A stretch of 64,000 nt of DNA from Camelus ferus (Eukaryota): assembly GCF_009834535.1 (NCBI RefSeq), contig NC_045696.1, positions 27,530,001-27,594,000 of the forward strand. Reading direction: 5' to 3'. The position numbers and the translations under genes were made by a program. The notes beneath the pieces were generated by a model. It was given only the letters and a program-made list of their open reading frames with translations. It made no database searches and had not been told where the DNA came from. This document shows, one piece after another, positions 1 to 12,301 of the stretch; position 1 is the stretch's first letter, and every line of letters begins with the position of its first letter.

Positions 1-714
1 GATAAAAGTAAAAGAATATATTATGATAAATAAAATACCTGAGAAATTAAGTATTTTTACTGGCTTTTCCCTTCATAAATTTTTCACTTGGCAAATCATA
101 AACAGATCATTATTTCTCATTTGGTTTGGTTTTGCTTCACCCTCACCAGGGTGATGCACTTATGTGTTCACATGCAGAGCCAAAGTGAAGCTTATGCCAA
201 TTTCCCTTCATAATAGTTTTGAACCACAATGCACAAAACACTTTCTTAATTGGGATCTACAGCAAGTTCCCTGCTCCCTTCTCCCCCAACCCAGAGTCAT
301 TACCACCATACACATATGAACAATACTTCTCAGTTCAAGATTAAATATGTTTATCTCTCTTTGCAAACCTGACACCCAAATAGAGTGCAAAAGCCCTACA
401 AAAGTTGTCGATTTTGCATAGGAAAAATAGTTTGAAAAGAGAAAAAGGGATCAAAATTCTTACAGAGCATAAGATGCATAGGAGATGGTAAAGATTACAC
501 TGTCACCTTATATAACCTCCAGAATCATTACTTGGTTTGACTCAGTTCTACATAGTTACTTCTATTAATGTGTTTAAGAATTAGTGAAGAACAAATGGTG
601 CTTTCTCAAAAAGTCTCAAAAGGACACAATTAAGATTTTAATAATTATCTCGTTAGTCTTAAATGTCAGAATAGAACAATAGCTAAAATGGACTTCTGTT
701 CCAATTTTATAATT

Positions 715-890
715 CTCACAATCCTTAAAATGTTCCGAGGTAGGGACTATTATGATTCATAATTTATAGATGAGGACACTGAGGCACAGAAATTAAGTAA
801 TCAAGCCAAGATTTCACAGATACTAAGTGATGGAACAGAGATTCAGATCCTTGGAGTCAGTTTCACAATTTGGGCGTTTAATCACTAATC
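715..890 (-). mobile_element. MIR SINE
   Basis: Core tttatagatgaggacactgaggcacaga. Confidence 0.8.
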
Positions 891-1916
891 CATGCTGTAA
901 TGCAGTACAATTATTTAAGGACTTACCTTGTGTAAGAATAAATATCATCAGTCCAGAGAGTTTTTTTTAACTCTCAAATTAATGTAAGAGAAACTAGAAA
1001 AAATACTTCGATTCTGCATGGTAGTTGTTGGGAAAAGAGAAGTTAGTGAATTTGTATCAGAACACTTGGGCTTTTCTCTTAAGCCCATAAATTTCTACCT
1101 CTCCATCCTGAGTTACTGGGTCAGATTCTTCATCCATAAAATGAGGTTAATATAGCATGTTAAAGCTGGAATAAGAACAGATAAATTTGTCAACCCTCAC
1201 ATTTTCCAAACAAAGGAAAACTCATCAACAGATTGAAATATACTTGATTAGAGTTGACAACAAATAATCCCTTGTAGCCAGAACCAGGTCCTGGTTCTTC
1301 TAATCTTTTAAACATGAGGTTAGGAATAAAACTTTCTGTAAAAGAGACTACAGAGGAGGCGATCTTAGCTCATTCAGGATGTGCTTCAAAGTGTCTATGA
1401 ATTTTTGAAAGTGGATATGAACTTCTCTGGACATGCATGGAGATAAAAAAAAATGATGTAATCTTAGAAGAGGTCCTAATCTTCACAAGAAATATAACAA
1501 TAATTATCTTTACTTTTTTTGAGATGAGTAAAGAAAAGCTCAGAGGGGTAAATAACTTGCACAATATCTCCCAAATAATTTATAAAGTGCTGAGAATCAA
1601 ACTCAAAGCTGTAGACTCCAGGACTCACAGTCCTTCCGTGATGTTGCCATGCAACTCTGCTTCTCTGCCTTCTCATTTCCAGCCTCTTTTCACACCTACG
1701 CTTCACTTGATGCTGGACTCAGCACAGGCTGAATGAAGTAACACCTGTTATTGTTATTCTCTTGCCCAAGCAGGAAGTTTAAGTTATTCTGTGTGGAGAA
1801 GTATTTTAGCAGACTTTAATATGATTAAGAAAGGGAACAATAGCTGGAACTGAGTACTGAGAACTTAGTAACCTCTGAGCATTTACTGGGAATTGTGAAC
1901 ATACAATCACCTCATA

Positions 1917-1957
1917 CTATATATATATATATATATATATACACACTCACACATACA
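1917..1957. repeat. (TA)n followed by CA-rich microsatellite
   Basis: Directly visible. Confidence 0.9.
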
Positions 1958-2384
1958 CTTACCTTGTAATGCTGGTGAGCTAATCCTACCCTTTACAATT
2001 GAAGAGTTCAGGACTGAGAAAGATTGGGGTTTTTCAGTTGGGAGAGGCTTACATATACTGGAAAAGTTTAGAGTCCAAGAAATATGTGATGAAGCATCAA
2101 AACCAAAACATATACAGTAAAAGCCAAAAAAGAAATAAGAACCAAAAGCAAAGCAGGGAAACTGCTTTCTCAGAGAAGATGAGGTTTTGGTTGGAGATAC
2201 AAGGCTGGGTGTGATTTGGGTTGGTCAGAGGTTCTTTGCTGCTGAAATTATTTGGAGTTTTGTGTTTATGAATATAGGTGCATTTTTCTAGAGAGAATAT
2301 CTATCCACAAAAAAGGCCATCAGATTCTTGAAGAGGAACAGTAATAAAAAAATGTTTTTTGTTTAATAAACAACAAAATAGAGG

Positions 2385-2817
2385 GTATATCAATTTCCTA
2401 CGGCTGCCATAACAAAGTATCACAAACTGGGTGGTAACAGAGATTTTTTGTCTGACAGTTCTGGGGGCTAGAAGTTCACGATTAAGGCTCAGCAGAGTTA
2501 GGTGCTCCCAAGGGCTGTGAGGGACAGTCTGTTTCATGCCTTTCTCCCAGGTTCCAGAGGTTTTCTGGCAGTTCCTTGGCTTTTGCTGCATTACTTCTCC
2601 CCAAAACTCTGCTTTCATCTTTACGTGACATTCTCCCTGTGTCTCTGCCTCTGTGTCCAAATGTTCCCTTTTCGAAATGACAGTCATATTGGCCTAATGA
2701 CTTCATCTTAACTTGCTCCTCAAAAAAGACCCAATCTCTAGATAACATCACATTCACAGATATCAGAGGTTAAGCCTTCAACAACCTTTTTTGTGGGACA
2801 CAATTCAACCCGTAGCA
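2385..2817 (-). mobile_element. MaLR solo LTR (MLT1B/C-like)
   Basis: Minus strand starts tgctacgggttgaattgtgtccc and ends tttgttatggcagccgtaggaaattgatatac, typical MLT1 termini. Confidence 0.88.
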
Positions 2818-4139
2818 GCCAAAGGGATAAGCAGAGATAAGTGAGAAGTATGATGCAAATGAACTAGAGGGGAGGAACAGAGAATAACGTAGCAGAGAGC
2901 AGCACAGCATTATTTGTAAGAAGGGTTTGGTCCAAGACTAGTAGAAAAGAGGAGCTGAAATGCTAACATGGGCCAAACTGTAAGATCCGAAAATTGTTCA
3001 AAAAAAGCCTTTTGGATTCCAGCCTATTAGCAACTAGGAAGTTCTTAAAAGATTTTGAGAAGAAAACAACATGATGAATATGTTGTTTAGGAGCATTAAA
3101 CTCACAGGACTAGGCAGGATGAAGAACAGTTGGAGAAGACCCAGGACCTGATAAAACAATCACCCCCACAACACAGGTGTGAGGCCACAAAGGTAATGAA
3201 AACGAAAAAGAAACGAAAAATTCAAGAAGTAAGAAATCACAAATCGGTGCAATAGCTCTGAGGTTTGAGGTCTGAGACACAAAAAGAAAGCCAGCATTGG
3301 GTTGTTTCCATTGCAAACTTGTGTTTGACAAATTTCAATTTCAGTTTTTTCACAGATTAGATATGACATAACTCTAAGATCTTTTTAAAAACCAACTTGA
3401 AGTTCATTAGGTGATATTAAAAAACAGTATAGAGGGGACTTTCTTTTCATACCATTCCCATGAAGTTTTTAATTTCAAGAATTACATGTTTCAAGTTATA
3501 ATCTATGATTATATTATAGATTTTCCTAAAGATAACTTCACTTGATAATTTAGAAAATATATTCAATATGGTCAGAAAAATGGTATCAAACTAGCATAGT
3601 TACGTTTAAGATTTAATGCTAAATTCCATGCGTATTTAATACAGAAACTGTTTGATGATATGCACAGGCTGATACAATGCAACAATATTAGAACAAATCC
3701 TGAAGTTTGTTTAGAACACTTAGCTTCATTTTTTGCAGATCATCTTTAAACCTGTTTTATAAAGTGATAAAATATTGAGGCCACTCCTACTTCTTTGAGC
3801 ATAGTAAGAAATGCTCTTTGGGAAACTTTTTTAGTGGGAAAATCCCATGTACATTTAAAAAGTCTTCAAATGATTACCATTCCAAGTACAAGTTGAAACC
3901 ACCTAAGTAATTTATCTTCTCTAAGCATACTGATTCTTTTCAGAGAAAGAACAAAAGAATAAAGCATGCAATCTTTGTTATTTAATTAGAAATATTTTAA
4001 TATGAAAGCTATTATTGTAAAGAAAATGTCTGCTCCTAATTAAAGACAGTGATATTTAATAAGGATAACTTTAAAAAATAAACCCCAATACCATAAAAAC
4101 TACAATGGGGCCAAATTTCATTATTCTTACATTCTAATC

Positions 4140-4327
4140 CAGTGCTGTCCAAGAGAAGTTTCTGCACTAATAATTAAAATGTTCTATATGTGCTATCTCT
4201 GATACAGGATCTGTCAGCCACAACAGGCTTTTGAGCACTTGAAACTCAACTTTTATTTCATTTTATTATAATTAATTTCATTGAAATTGTCACATGCAGC
4301 TGGTGGGTACTATGTTGGGAAACACAG
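4140..4327 (+). mobile_element. hAT-Charlie MITE (MER3-like) with perfect 8-bp TSD
   Basis: cagtgctgtccaagagaagtttctg...ttgagcacttgaaa...cacatgcagctggtgggtac. Flanked by ttctaatc at 4132-4139 and 4328-4335. Confidence 0.88.
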
Positions 4328-4383
4328 TTCTAATCTACTTGGTGAGTGAAAATAAATGCAGAGGGGAAAATCAAAACCTACAC

Positions 4384-4609
4384 CTGTAGCTCTTAAACAC
4401 TGGTATGTATCACAGTGATAATCATAATTTATATCCATGAATCTTAACTGCTGGGGAAAATCAGAGTAAACTAGAAAGGTGGGATCTTGCTAATAATTTG
4501 GATATCAGGGGTCCACGCTCCTGATTTTTTGGACCAAGTCTTTCAAAAATCTATTTTTAACAAGTACCAGAAGTAATTCTGATGCACATTAAAAGTCTGA
4601 GAACACCTG
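4384..4609. mobile_element. MER5-like remnant
   Basis: ttttaacaagtaccagaagtaattctgatgcacattaaaagtctgagaacacctg end motif. Confidence 0.5.
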
Positions 4610-5885
4610 ATCTATTTCTGTTTCCATTACAAAGTTGAGTCACTAGTTCTCTAACAGGAAATGGGAATTCATACTAACCATTGCGTTCTAATATTAAAAC
4701 ATATTGCTTTCATTTAAGTAACATTGGCACCTCTTAACCAACATTTTTAAAGAGCTCCATCTCTTTAGAAACAACTGGAGAAAAAATTATTTCACATTCT
4801 AAAATACCACTAAGTATCAACTAATTTCCCTGGGCAAATGCGACACTTCATCAGGTCTGTCTCTCTGTAGAGCCTATAGTGAATGAATTATCTGCCTTGA
4901 TTATTAACACAACTCTTTTTTTTTCTTTCTTTTATTCTACAGCTTTAAATCCATGCCCTAATCCTGGTTACATAAATCTATGCAATGTCATTCTCTGATT
5001 CTCAATTTCCTTATCTGAAAAATGATATAAACCTGGAATAAAAATGCCTATCTCCCAGGTCCAGTTAGGCGCCAAGTGTACAGGGCCTAGCAGAGAGACT
5101 GGCACATATGTAATAAACCCTAGGGATCCAGTTCCCTTCCTCTTCCTAATGAGTCATTTCCTATTTAATTCCCTTTTAATCCATTCATCTGCCAATATTA
5201 TTGATACTTGTCCGAACCAACTAAAACCCCTATTTTCAGCTTCAAAGCTAGGAGAAGCCAGAAAGCATGGCTTCCCTTGGGTACAGAAATCTAAGGACAT
5301 GTGACTCCTCTTCAAGCTATGACCTTGTCACTTGTGCCCACCTCTCCCCTCCACTCCACCCTTAAAGCTGGGTTATTGTTTATGACTCTAAGCCAAGCCT
5401 AGTTCCTGTAACTAAAACCTTGCTTCCCTTCTCATGACTTGATTTTTAGGTTTTGCTTTATACCCAGCACTCACTCTTTGATTCACTCCAGCAAAGAAAA
5501 GTGGGCAATGAACACTTCCTTCCTTTAGACAGGATTTAAGAGTAACAGTCCATCAATCTGGACATACATCATTTGCTACATCTTGTTTAGAAGCAAAAAA
5601 TCAATGATGACCCTCTATCTTTTTATTTTTTAGTGGGTCATACAGCTGTAGGGTTGGTCCACATTTTGAAGCTAATTTTCATTTTAAAAAGTTAATCCCT
5701 TGCATCATTATGAAAAATTCCCAAAGGGCTGGTACAAGCCAAATGTTAAGAGCCTAGCAGATTAAAAATTTAAAAAAAAAAACCCTAAATCTAATAAAAG
5801 TATTTTAACATTATGTAAAATGATTACTTCACCTTATCAGAAAATATGGTGACTGTTCTAGCATTAGGGTAAAACTGAATGCTAC

Positions 5886-5887
<2 letters not shown>

Positions 5888-5917
<30 letters not shown>
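5888..5917. repeat. A30 homopolymer
   Basis: Directly visible. Confidence 0.95.
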
Positions 5918-5919
<2 letters not shown>

Positions 5920-8759
5920 TGAAGAAAAAGGTTTTGATTTTCTCAAACTGGCTATAATTACACACACAATTATCCTGAGGTTTACTTGTTTTTAGTCTTC
6001 CAAAGGTGAACCTGTCACACGTTTGCAAATCATTTTGGGATTAGAATGTAACCAAATAAACTCTTCTATTGAAGTTAAAGAAACTATGGGTGGAGGGAAA
6101 TCAATATTTCATATTAAATGTGGTTTATTTTTAAAGTCCTATTACAAAAATATCAAAAGATCTTCTGAAAGTTTTACTTGTTTTCTCATTTGCGAGACCA
6201 CATGATTTATCTGAGGACAAACACTTTTTATAGGTTAACCATTTTGATGTGTCATAAGGATGTTGAATTCTAGCAAGAGACTCAGATGGAAGTCTTGGGA
6301 GTTATAAAATGGAAAGCACGATACTTTATGGTATCTGCAGAAATATAATTTTAAATAAAATATGGATTTTTAAAATGACAAAATAAGCCCTCTGACTTCT
6401 TAAGAATACTTAAGTTAGTTAGGAGAAACTAAAGAATCAGATTTGGCCAAACTTCAGTATTCTTTTTTCAGGAGCTGTTTCTAGGTCAATTCAACAACAA
6501 CAAGATATGAGTTTTTACATTATGTGACAATTACTTCCTCCTCCCACTCCTCAAAAAATAAAAAAAAAGCAATTTTTTTTGTCTGACATACACATGATAC
6601 GGTGGTAAATTTTAGATTATACTAATAAGGGTAAATCAAAATGAATTTTATATCAAGCATAACTAGACACCAGTCTTTATGTATTTTATCTTAATGAATA
6701 TCCATGACATTCCTACTTTAAAATATTTACAGATAAAGAAAGGAAGGCTCATAATAGTTGAGTACCTTGTTTGAGGTCTAATTTTCAGTCAATTACTTGA
6801 GTTTGTCTGACACTACTCCGATAGGTTGAAATCTGAACTTTGTAAAGCCAAGGGGCACGTGAGTGGATTTCAAAATCTTATCTGCATCATGCATTACTTT
6901 ACAAACTAAATAACTACTGTTACACACAAAAAGGTACTTTTCTAATATATAAGAAGGTAGTTGCTGTAACTGATAAAATCCAAATTTTCTTTAAAACATT
7001 GACTTCCTAGCAGCTCTGTTTCCCCATGTGAAGTATGCTACTAAAATTAAAACTATTATCATTACAGAAGCTCAGATATTAAAATCAGATTCCTACATTT
7101 GTTTAAAGATAGAGGAGAATGTGGTAGCGCATAGCACTGCAAGTCTGCAAAGAGAAAGAATACCTGACTTAAATGTCCTTCTAGTAACTATTCTGAATCA
7201 CATATTGGCTACAATTATATTGGCACAAAATGTTGGAAATATGATAGCAGAGTAAGGTTGACCATAATAAATTTTATCCTGACTCTAGGTCAGGGTATTT
7301 GAAAATGCCTATATTAGTAGTAGAATCAAGTCTACAGTGAGCTCCACTTCCTGGCCATTCTCAGTCAGTCCACTTGGGAAGTGCAGTATTGTCTCAGTAT
7401 GCATATTCAATGGCGCATGTGTTGGACTGAAACAGCAGCCTGTTGTGATGTGTCTGGGAGCATCACATCTGGAGATTTTAAGCTGTCACATTTTCTAAAG
7501 TTTGTCCTTCAAAAACTCTAAGGCCAAACATGCAAAAATTATTATTTTACATAAGAATCATATGCATACAAACTTATTTTTCCACTGCACAAAAAATTAA
7601 AAATAAACAACATGTGAAGTATCTGGTGTTTGCAGACAGAGTTAAATTCACTATTATTAAGTATTGCTAAAAATTCATTGAGTAATGAGTGAGGCATAAT
7701 TCATCCAAAAACAAGAAGATAGCCTAAATATGCTTTTTATTGGAAATTTAAAAAATGTTGGATACACAGGGAAAAGAGAATTACCTATAAATGGTTTATA
7801 CTTATATATATCTTCATATATTAGGGCACATTTCATTTCTCAAATTGGAGGTACTGAGAGGAACCAAAAGGCTACATAAAGATAAGGTAAAAAGAAGTAG
7901 TAAAACTATATACTAACCATCACAATAGGGTATTGTTCTCTTTGTATACTCAGAATATGATAAATGTGCTTGTATGAACAAAGTTCAGGCATCAGTGATT
8001 CTGAGGAACTGGTGATCATATTGGCTTCACAGATTAATAATTTAGGAGAAATTGATAAGCCCAGTGCCTCACATGTGACATATACTCATGTAATACTGGT
8101 TCCCTTCTGCCTTCCTTCTTTGATACTGGATAAATAGACCAAAGCATTTTCTGGTTAATAATAATACCACACTATATGATGGCATCAGTAGCTCTTTTAT
8201 CATTAAGGCTCAGCCTTTAAACTTCAAAATACATTCCACCTCTCTAATCTTGAAGTACACTACAGGGCAAGTCCTTTATACTTTTTAAGGAACTAAAAGC
8301 ATAGCTGTTGCTGAAATATCACTTCCTCAAAATCTGGAGAAAGAACAGATTAAGAAGTCCAGATGACTTGTCCAGGGAATTCGATATTAAATCGTCTTCA
8401 TTATAAAATAACCATAGTAATATAATTATCAAATAATTTTTGCACTAGGAAAACTAACAAACAAAAATCTTTGCAATGGTAATGATCAAGTTGTCCTCCA
8501 GAAATGTTACATCATCTCATTCAATCCAGAGTCAATTAATGCATTTGTCATCCCAAGTCTATCCAGAGGAAACTAAGAACAACAGAGCTAAGTGACTGAG
8601 CCATATTATTTAATCAGTAATTGAGGTGGAATTTAAATCTAGGTCATTTGATTACAAAGCTCTTCTATAACACCTCTGGGTGTTTGCCATTGGTACAGAT
8701 TTGCAGAAAATATTTCACAATATTCTCAGAATCAGCAACAACAAAATTAAGAGTAAAAG

Positions 8760-8868
8760 CAGTTCTCAGATTTATCACCTGGAAAGTCTGATAAACCAAA
8801 TCAACCCAGAGATTCTGATTTGGCAGGTCTGAGGTCTGGCTTAGACACCAAAGTTTGAGAACCACCAG
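8760..8868. mobile_element. MER5-like remnant
   Basis: cccagagattctgatttggcaggtctgagg...aaagtttgagaaccac. Confidence 0.65.
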
Positions 8869-9308
8869 TTCATAACATAAAAAATGAGGTAGAACTAGTG
8901 ATGCACAGAGAAAGAGGTACCAATGTGAGCAAATGGTCCTAACAGCCTAAAACGGGTAAATAGGCCAGGCCACCAGCAGCAATCCTGATATCGCTCTAAC
9001 CCGCCTAACACAAAAGGAACTAAAAAACCTACGTATGTAATACACCAACAGAAGAGGTCTTATGACAATAAAATGGGATAAGCAGGTAAAAACATAATAC
9101 TTAACACTGACACTTAACTCCTTTAAAGTATTTAGAAGGCTAATTAACCCATTATTAATATTCATAGCAAGGGATGTGGTCATTGGCCAATCAGTTCTCA
9201 CACAGCTGACTATGGTTGATGGTGTAATTTTCAGAATTCCTTTTACTTCTTGCATCAACAAAGCCTAAGTTTAAATATTTTCCAAGTAGTGTCAAAAGTG
9301 TATCTTGG

Positions 9309-10500
9309 GGAGAAGGGCCAAGATGGCGTAGTAGAAGGACATGCGTAGCTCACCCTTTCCCACGAATACACCAAGACTGACGTCCACGGACCCACCCAGC
9401 CAATCAGAGCACCTGCTGAACTTCGACAGAGCATCGCCTTGTTCAAAAGACAAAATTCACCACAAATCTGGTAGGAGAAAAGGAAAAAAGAAGGAAGAAA
9501 AAGGAAAATAGTGCAGGACCTGTCCCGCAGGGGGGAGCAGCAAAGGAAAACAGCGCTCCTTCGCTGGGTCTCCCCATCTCAACGGAGAGGTCAGCAGGAC
9601 GCAGGGGGAGCCTCCGAGGCTTGGATCTGTACAGAGCACCCCTTGACTGACAGAACTGAGTTAAACGGGCACAAAGGGTCCCTGCAACACCCAACCCGAG
9701 AGGCAAGCCAGCAGCTGGGGGCGGGACAGGCCGCCCAAGCCGGCGGAGGACTGGGGCGGCTGCACTGAGGCAGCCCTGGGGGACTGCAGTAGGCTGTGTG
9801 CCGTGCCTGGGTCCCATAAAATACAAACAACAACAAAAAAAGCAAAGCAACACTGCTGGTGTGCCCTGGGAGGAGGGGCGAGGTAGCCATCGTCTCCTCA
9901 GCCCCGAAGCACCACTACTGGCACGTTCTCTGGAGAAGTGAGGCGGGGCGCAGCCACAGCCGCCACAGGCTCCTGGGCGCGGCTCCTGTGCAGGCGGAGG
10001 TCTGGTCGAAACCTGAATCCTTACCTGGGGGCTCCGCAACCTCATAGGTGGGACTGAGACTTATTTACAGCCCCAGGCAGAGGGGAAGTTCTGCCCCGGG
10101 CCTCTGTGAACTCGCGCCTCCAAGACAAACGAGCAAGGAGCGGAGTTCCCGCACAGAGCAGGGGCAGGGCTGGTGCGGCCATTTTCTCTGAGTGAGACTC
10201 TACGTGGCACATAGGAGCGGCACTGAATGAAATGGGGAGCGACCCGCCCACCTACCGGGCTGGAGCGAGGCGCCTGGACAGGGCTTTGTGAGGAGACACG
10301 ACCCGTCTGCCTACCTGCTGTAGGAGCAGCACAGACTGGGGGCGTGACTGGAGAATTCTGGAACCAGCCAGTGGAGTTCACCCAGCAGGGTGAGGGCAGG
10401 AGCCACTACAACCACAGAACCAAAAGGAGGCCCCGCTCAATAGCCAGGGCAGGCTCTGGCCACCACAGCACCAGCCACACCCCCAACCAAAGGGATAACT
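9309..10500 (+). promoter_or_regulatory. CpG-rich L1 5'UTR internal promoter
   Basis: GC/CpG-rich ~1.2 kb at the L1 5' end with a YY1-like motif at the usual position. Confidence 0.75.
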
Positions 10501-11000
10501 GACAAAAGGCATGGAAGGAAGACTTGGCAACCACCCATACTTAAGAAAGACTTCTTGACAAAATTACTAAGAATGCACAGGAACACATCCACTTTTCTTT
10601 TTTCTTAATTTTTAATGTTTTAATTTTAATTTTTAAATCCCTTTTAAATTTTTCTTTTAAATATTTTTAATTATTTAAAAATTTCTCTCAATTTGATATT
10701 TTTCTTTGCTTTGTTCTTCTGTTAATGGTTACACTGTTTTCAAATCTTTTAAGTTTTTTTAAAATTTGTCTTAACTTGATTTTTATTTCTCTTCATTTTG
10801 TTCTTCTGTTAGTGATTATACTATGTTTTCAAATCGTTTTTTCTTCTTTTATATTTCTTTTTTTGGTTTCATTTCCACATCCACTTTAGATAAATAAATA
10901 AGTAAGTAAGTAAGTAAGTAGGTAAGTAAATAAACCTCTTCAGGACTACAGTAGATAACTGATACTCCATAATCCATAGTGCCAGAGAGATATAAGTAAA

Positions 11001-11944
11001 ATGAAGAAGCAGAGGAACCACTCCCAATTAAAAGAACAAGAGAAATCCCCTAAAGGAATGACAATGAAATAGACCTTGATAGTCTACTAGATCATGATTT
11101 TAAGAAAGGAGTGATCAAAGTATTGAAGGAACTAAAAGAGATTGTGAATAGAAACAGAGAACATGTCAAAAGAAAACTGAAACTAAAGAGGAGCCCAGTA
11201 TAAAGAGGAGCCCATTAAAACTGGAAAACTCATTTGCTGAGATAAGAGCTGAGCAAAGGCTGTAAAAAGTAAGCTAGATAATGCAGAGGAATGAATAAGG
11301 GACTTAGAAGACATGACAACAGAGGTCACCCAATCAGAACAGCTGAGAAAAAACAAATAAACACTAATGAAAACAATATAAGGTACCTATGGGATAATGT
11401 AAAGTGTGCAAACCTACAAGTAATAGGGGTCCCAGAAGGAGAAGAAAGAGCAAAGGATATTGAAAGGTATTTGAAGAAATCATGACTGAAAACTTCCTAA
11501 CCCTAAAGAAAGAATCAGATATCCATGTACAGGAAGCACAGAGGGTCCCAAACAAGAACCAAACAGACCCACACCAAGACATATTATAATCAAGATGGCC
11601 AGGGTTAAGGATAAAGAAATGATTCTAAAGGCAGCAAGAGTAAAACAAAGAATTAGTTACAAGGGACCCCCTCCATGAAGTTTTCAGCTGATTTCTCTAA
11701 ACAAACACTACAGTCCAGAAAGGAGTGGCAAGATATATTCAAATTCATGAATCAGAAAAAGATGCAGCCTAGGATACTCTATCCACCAAGGCTATCCTTT
11801 AGAATAGAAGGAAAGATAAAGAACTTCACAGACAAGCAAAAACTAAAAGAATTTAGCAACACTAAACTTATGCTAAAAGAAATATTGAAAGTTCTACTCC
11901 AAATAGAAAAGAAGCAGGATGCTACAAAAAGAAGAAAATCATAA
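11001..11944 (+). pseudogene. L1 ORF1p, disrupted by frameshifts
   Basis: Starts MKKQRNHSQLKEQEK. Fragments NNIRYLWDNVKCANLQVIGVPEGEE and SADFSKQTLQSRKEWQDIFK...QPRILYPPRLSF are typical of the ORF1p RRM/CTD. Confidence 0.92.
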
Positions 11945-12301
11945 TTGGAAAGGTGATAACTACAATGAATTACAACAGAATAAACATGAACTTGTAAAAG
12001 AGGACATCTAAACCATTAAGGGTGGGAGAGGGGAGCAACAAAACAATTTTCTTTTCTTTCCTTTTTTTTTTTTTCCTCAGTAGGATGGGTTTGAGCTTAT
12101 ATTACTATCAGTTTAAAACAAACAGATATAGTAATGGGTTAATATATGTACAAAACAGGGTAACCACAAGCCAAAAGCTACAATAGAGTCACAAAAACAA
12201 AAAAGGAACCAAGATAATACAAAGAAAAATTATCAAACAACAAAAAGAAAGAGAAAGGAACAAAGAGGAAATACCAAATCAACTGCAAAATTATGTTCAA
12301 A

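Noticed and set aside
927..993. Minus-strand pseudo-exon with perfect AAG|GTAAGT donor
   Set aside because: Stops in all three frames and no other support.
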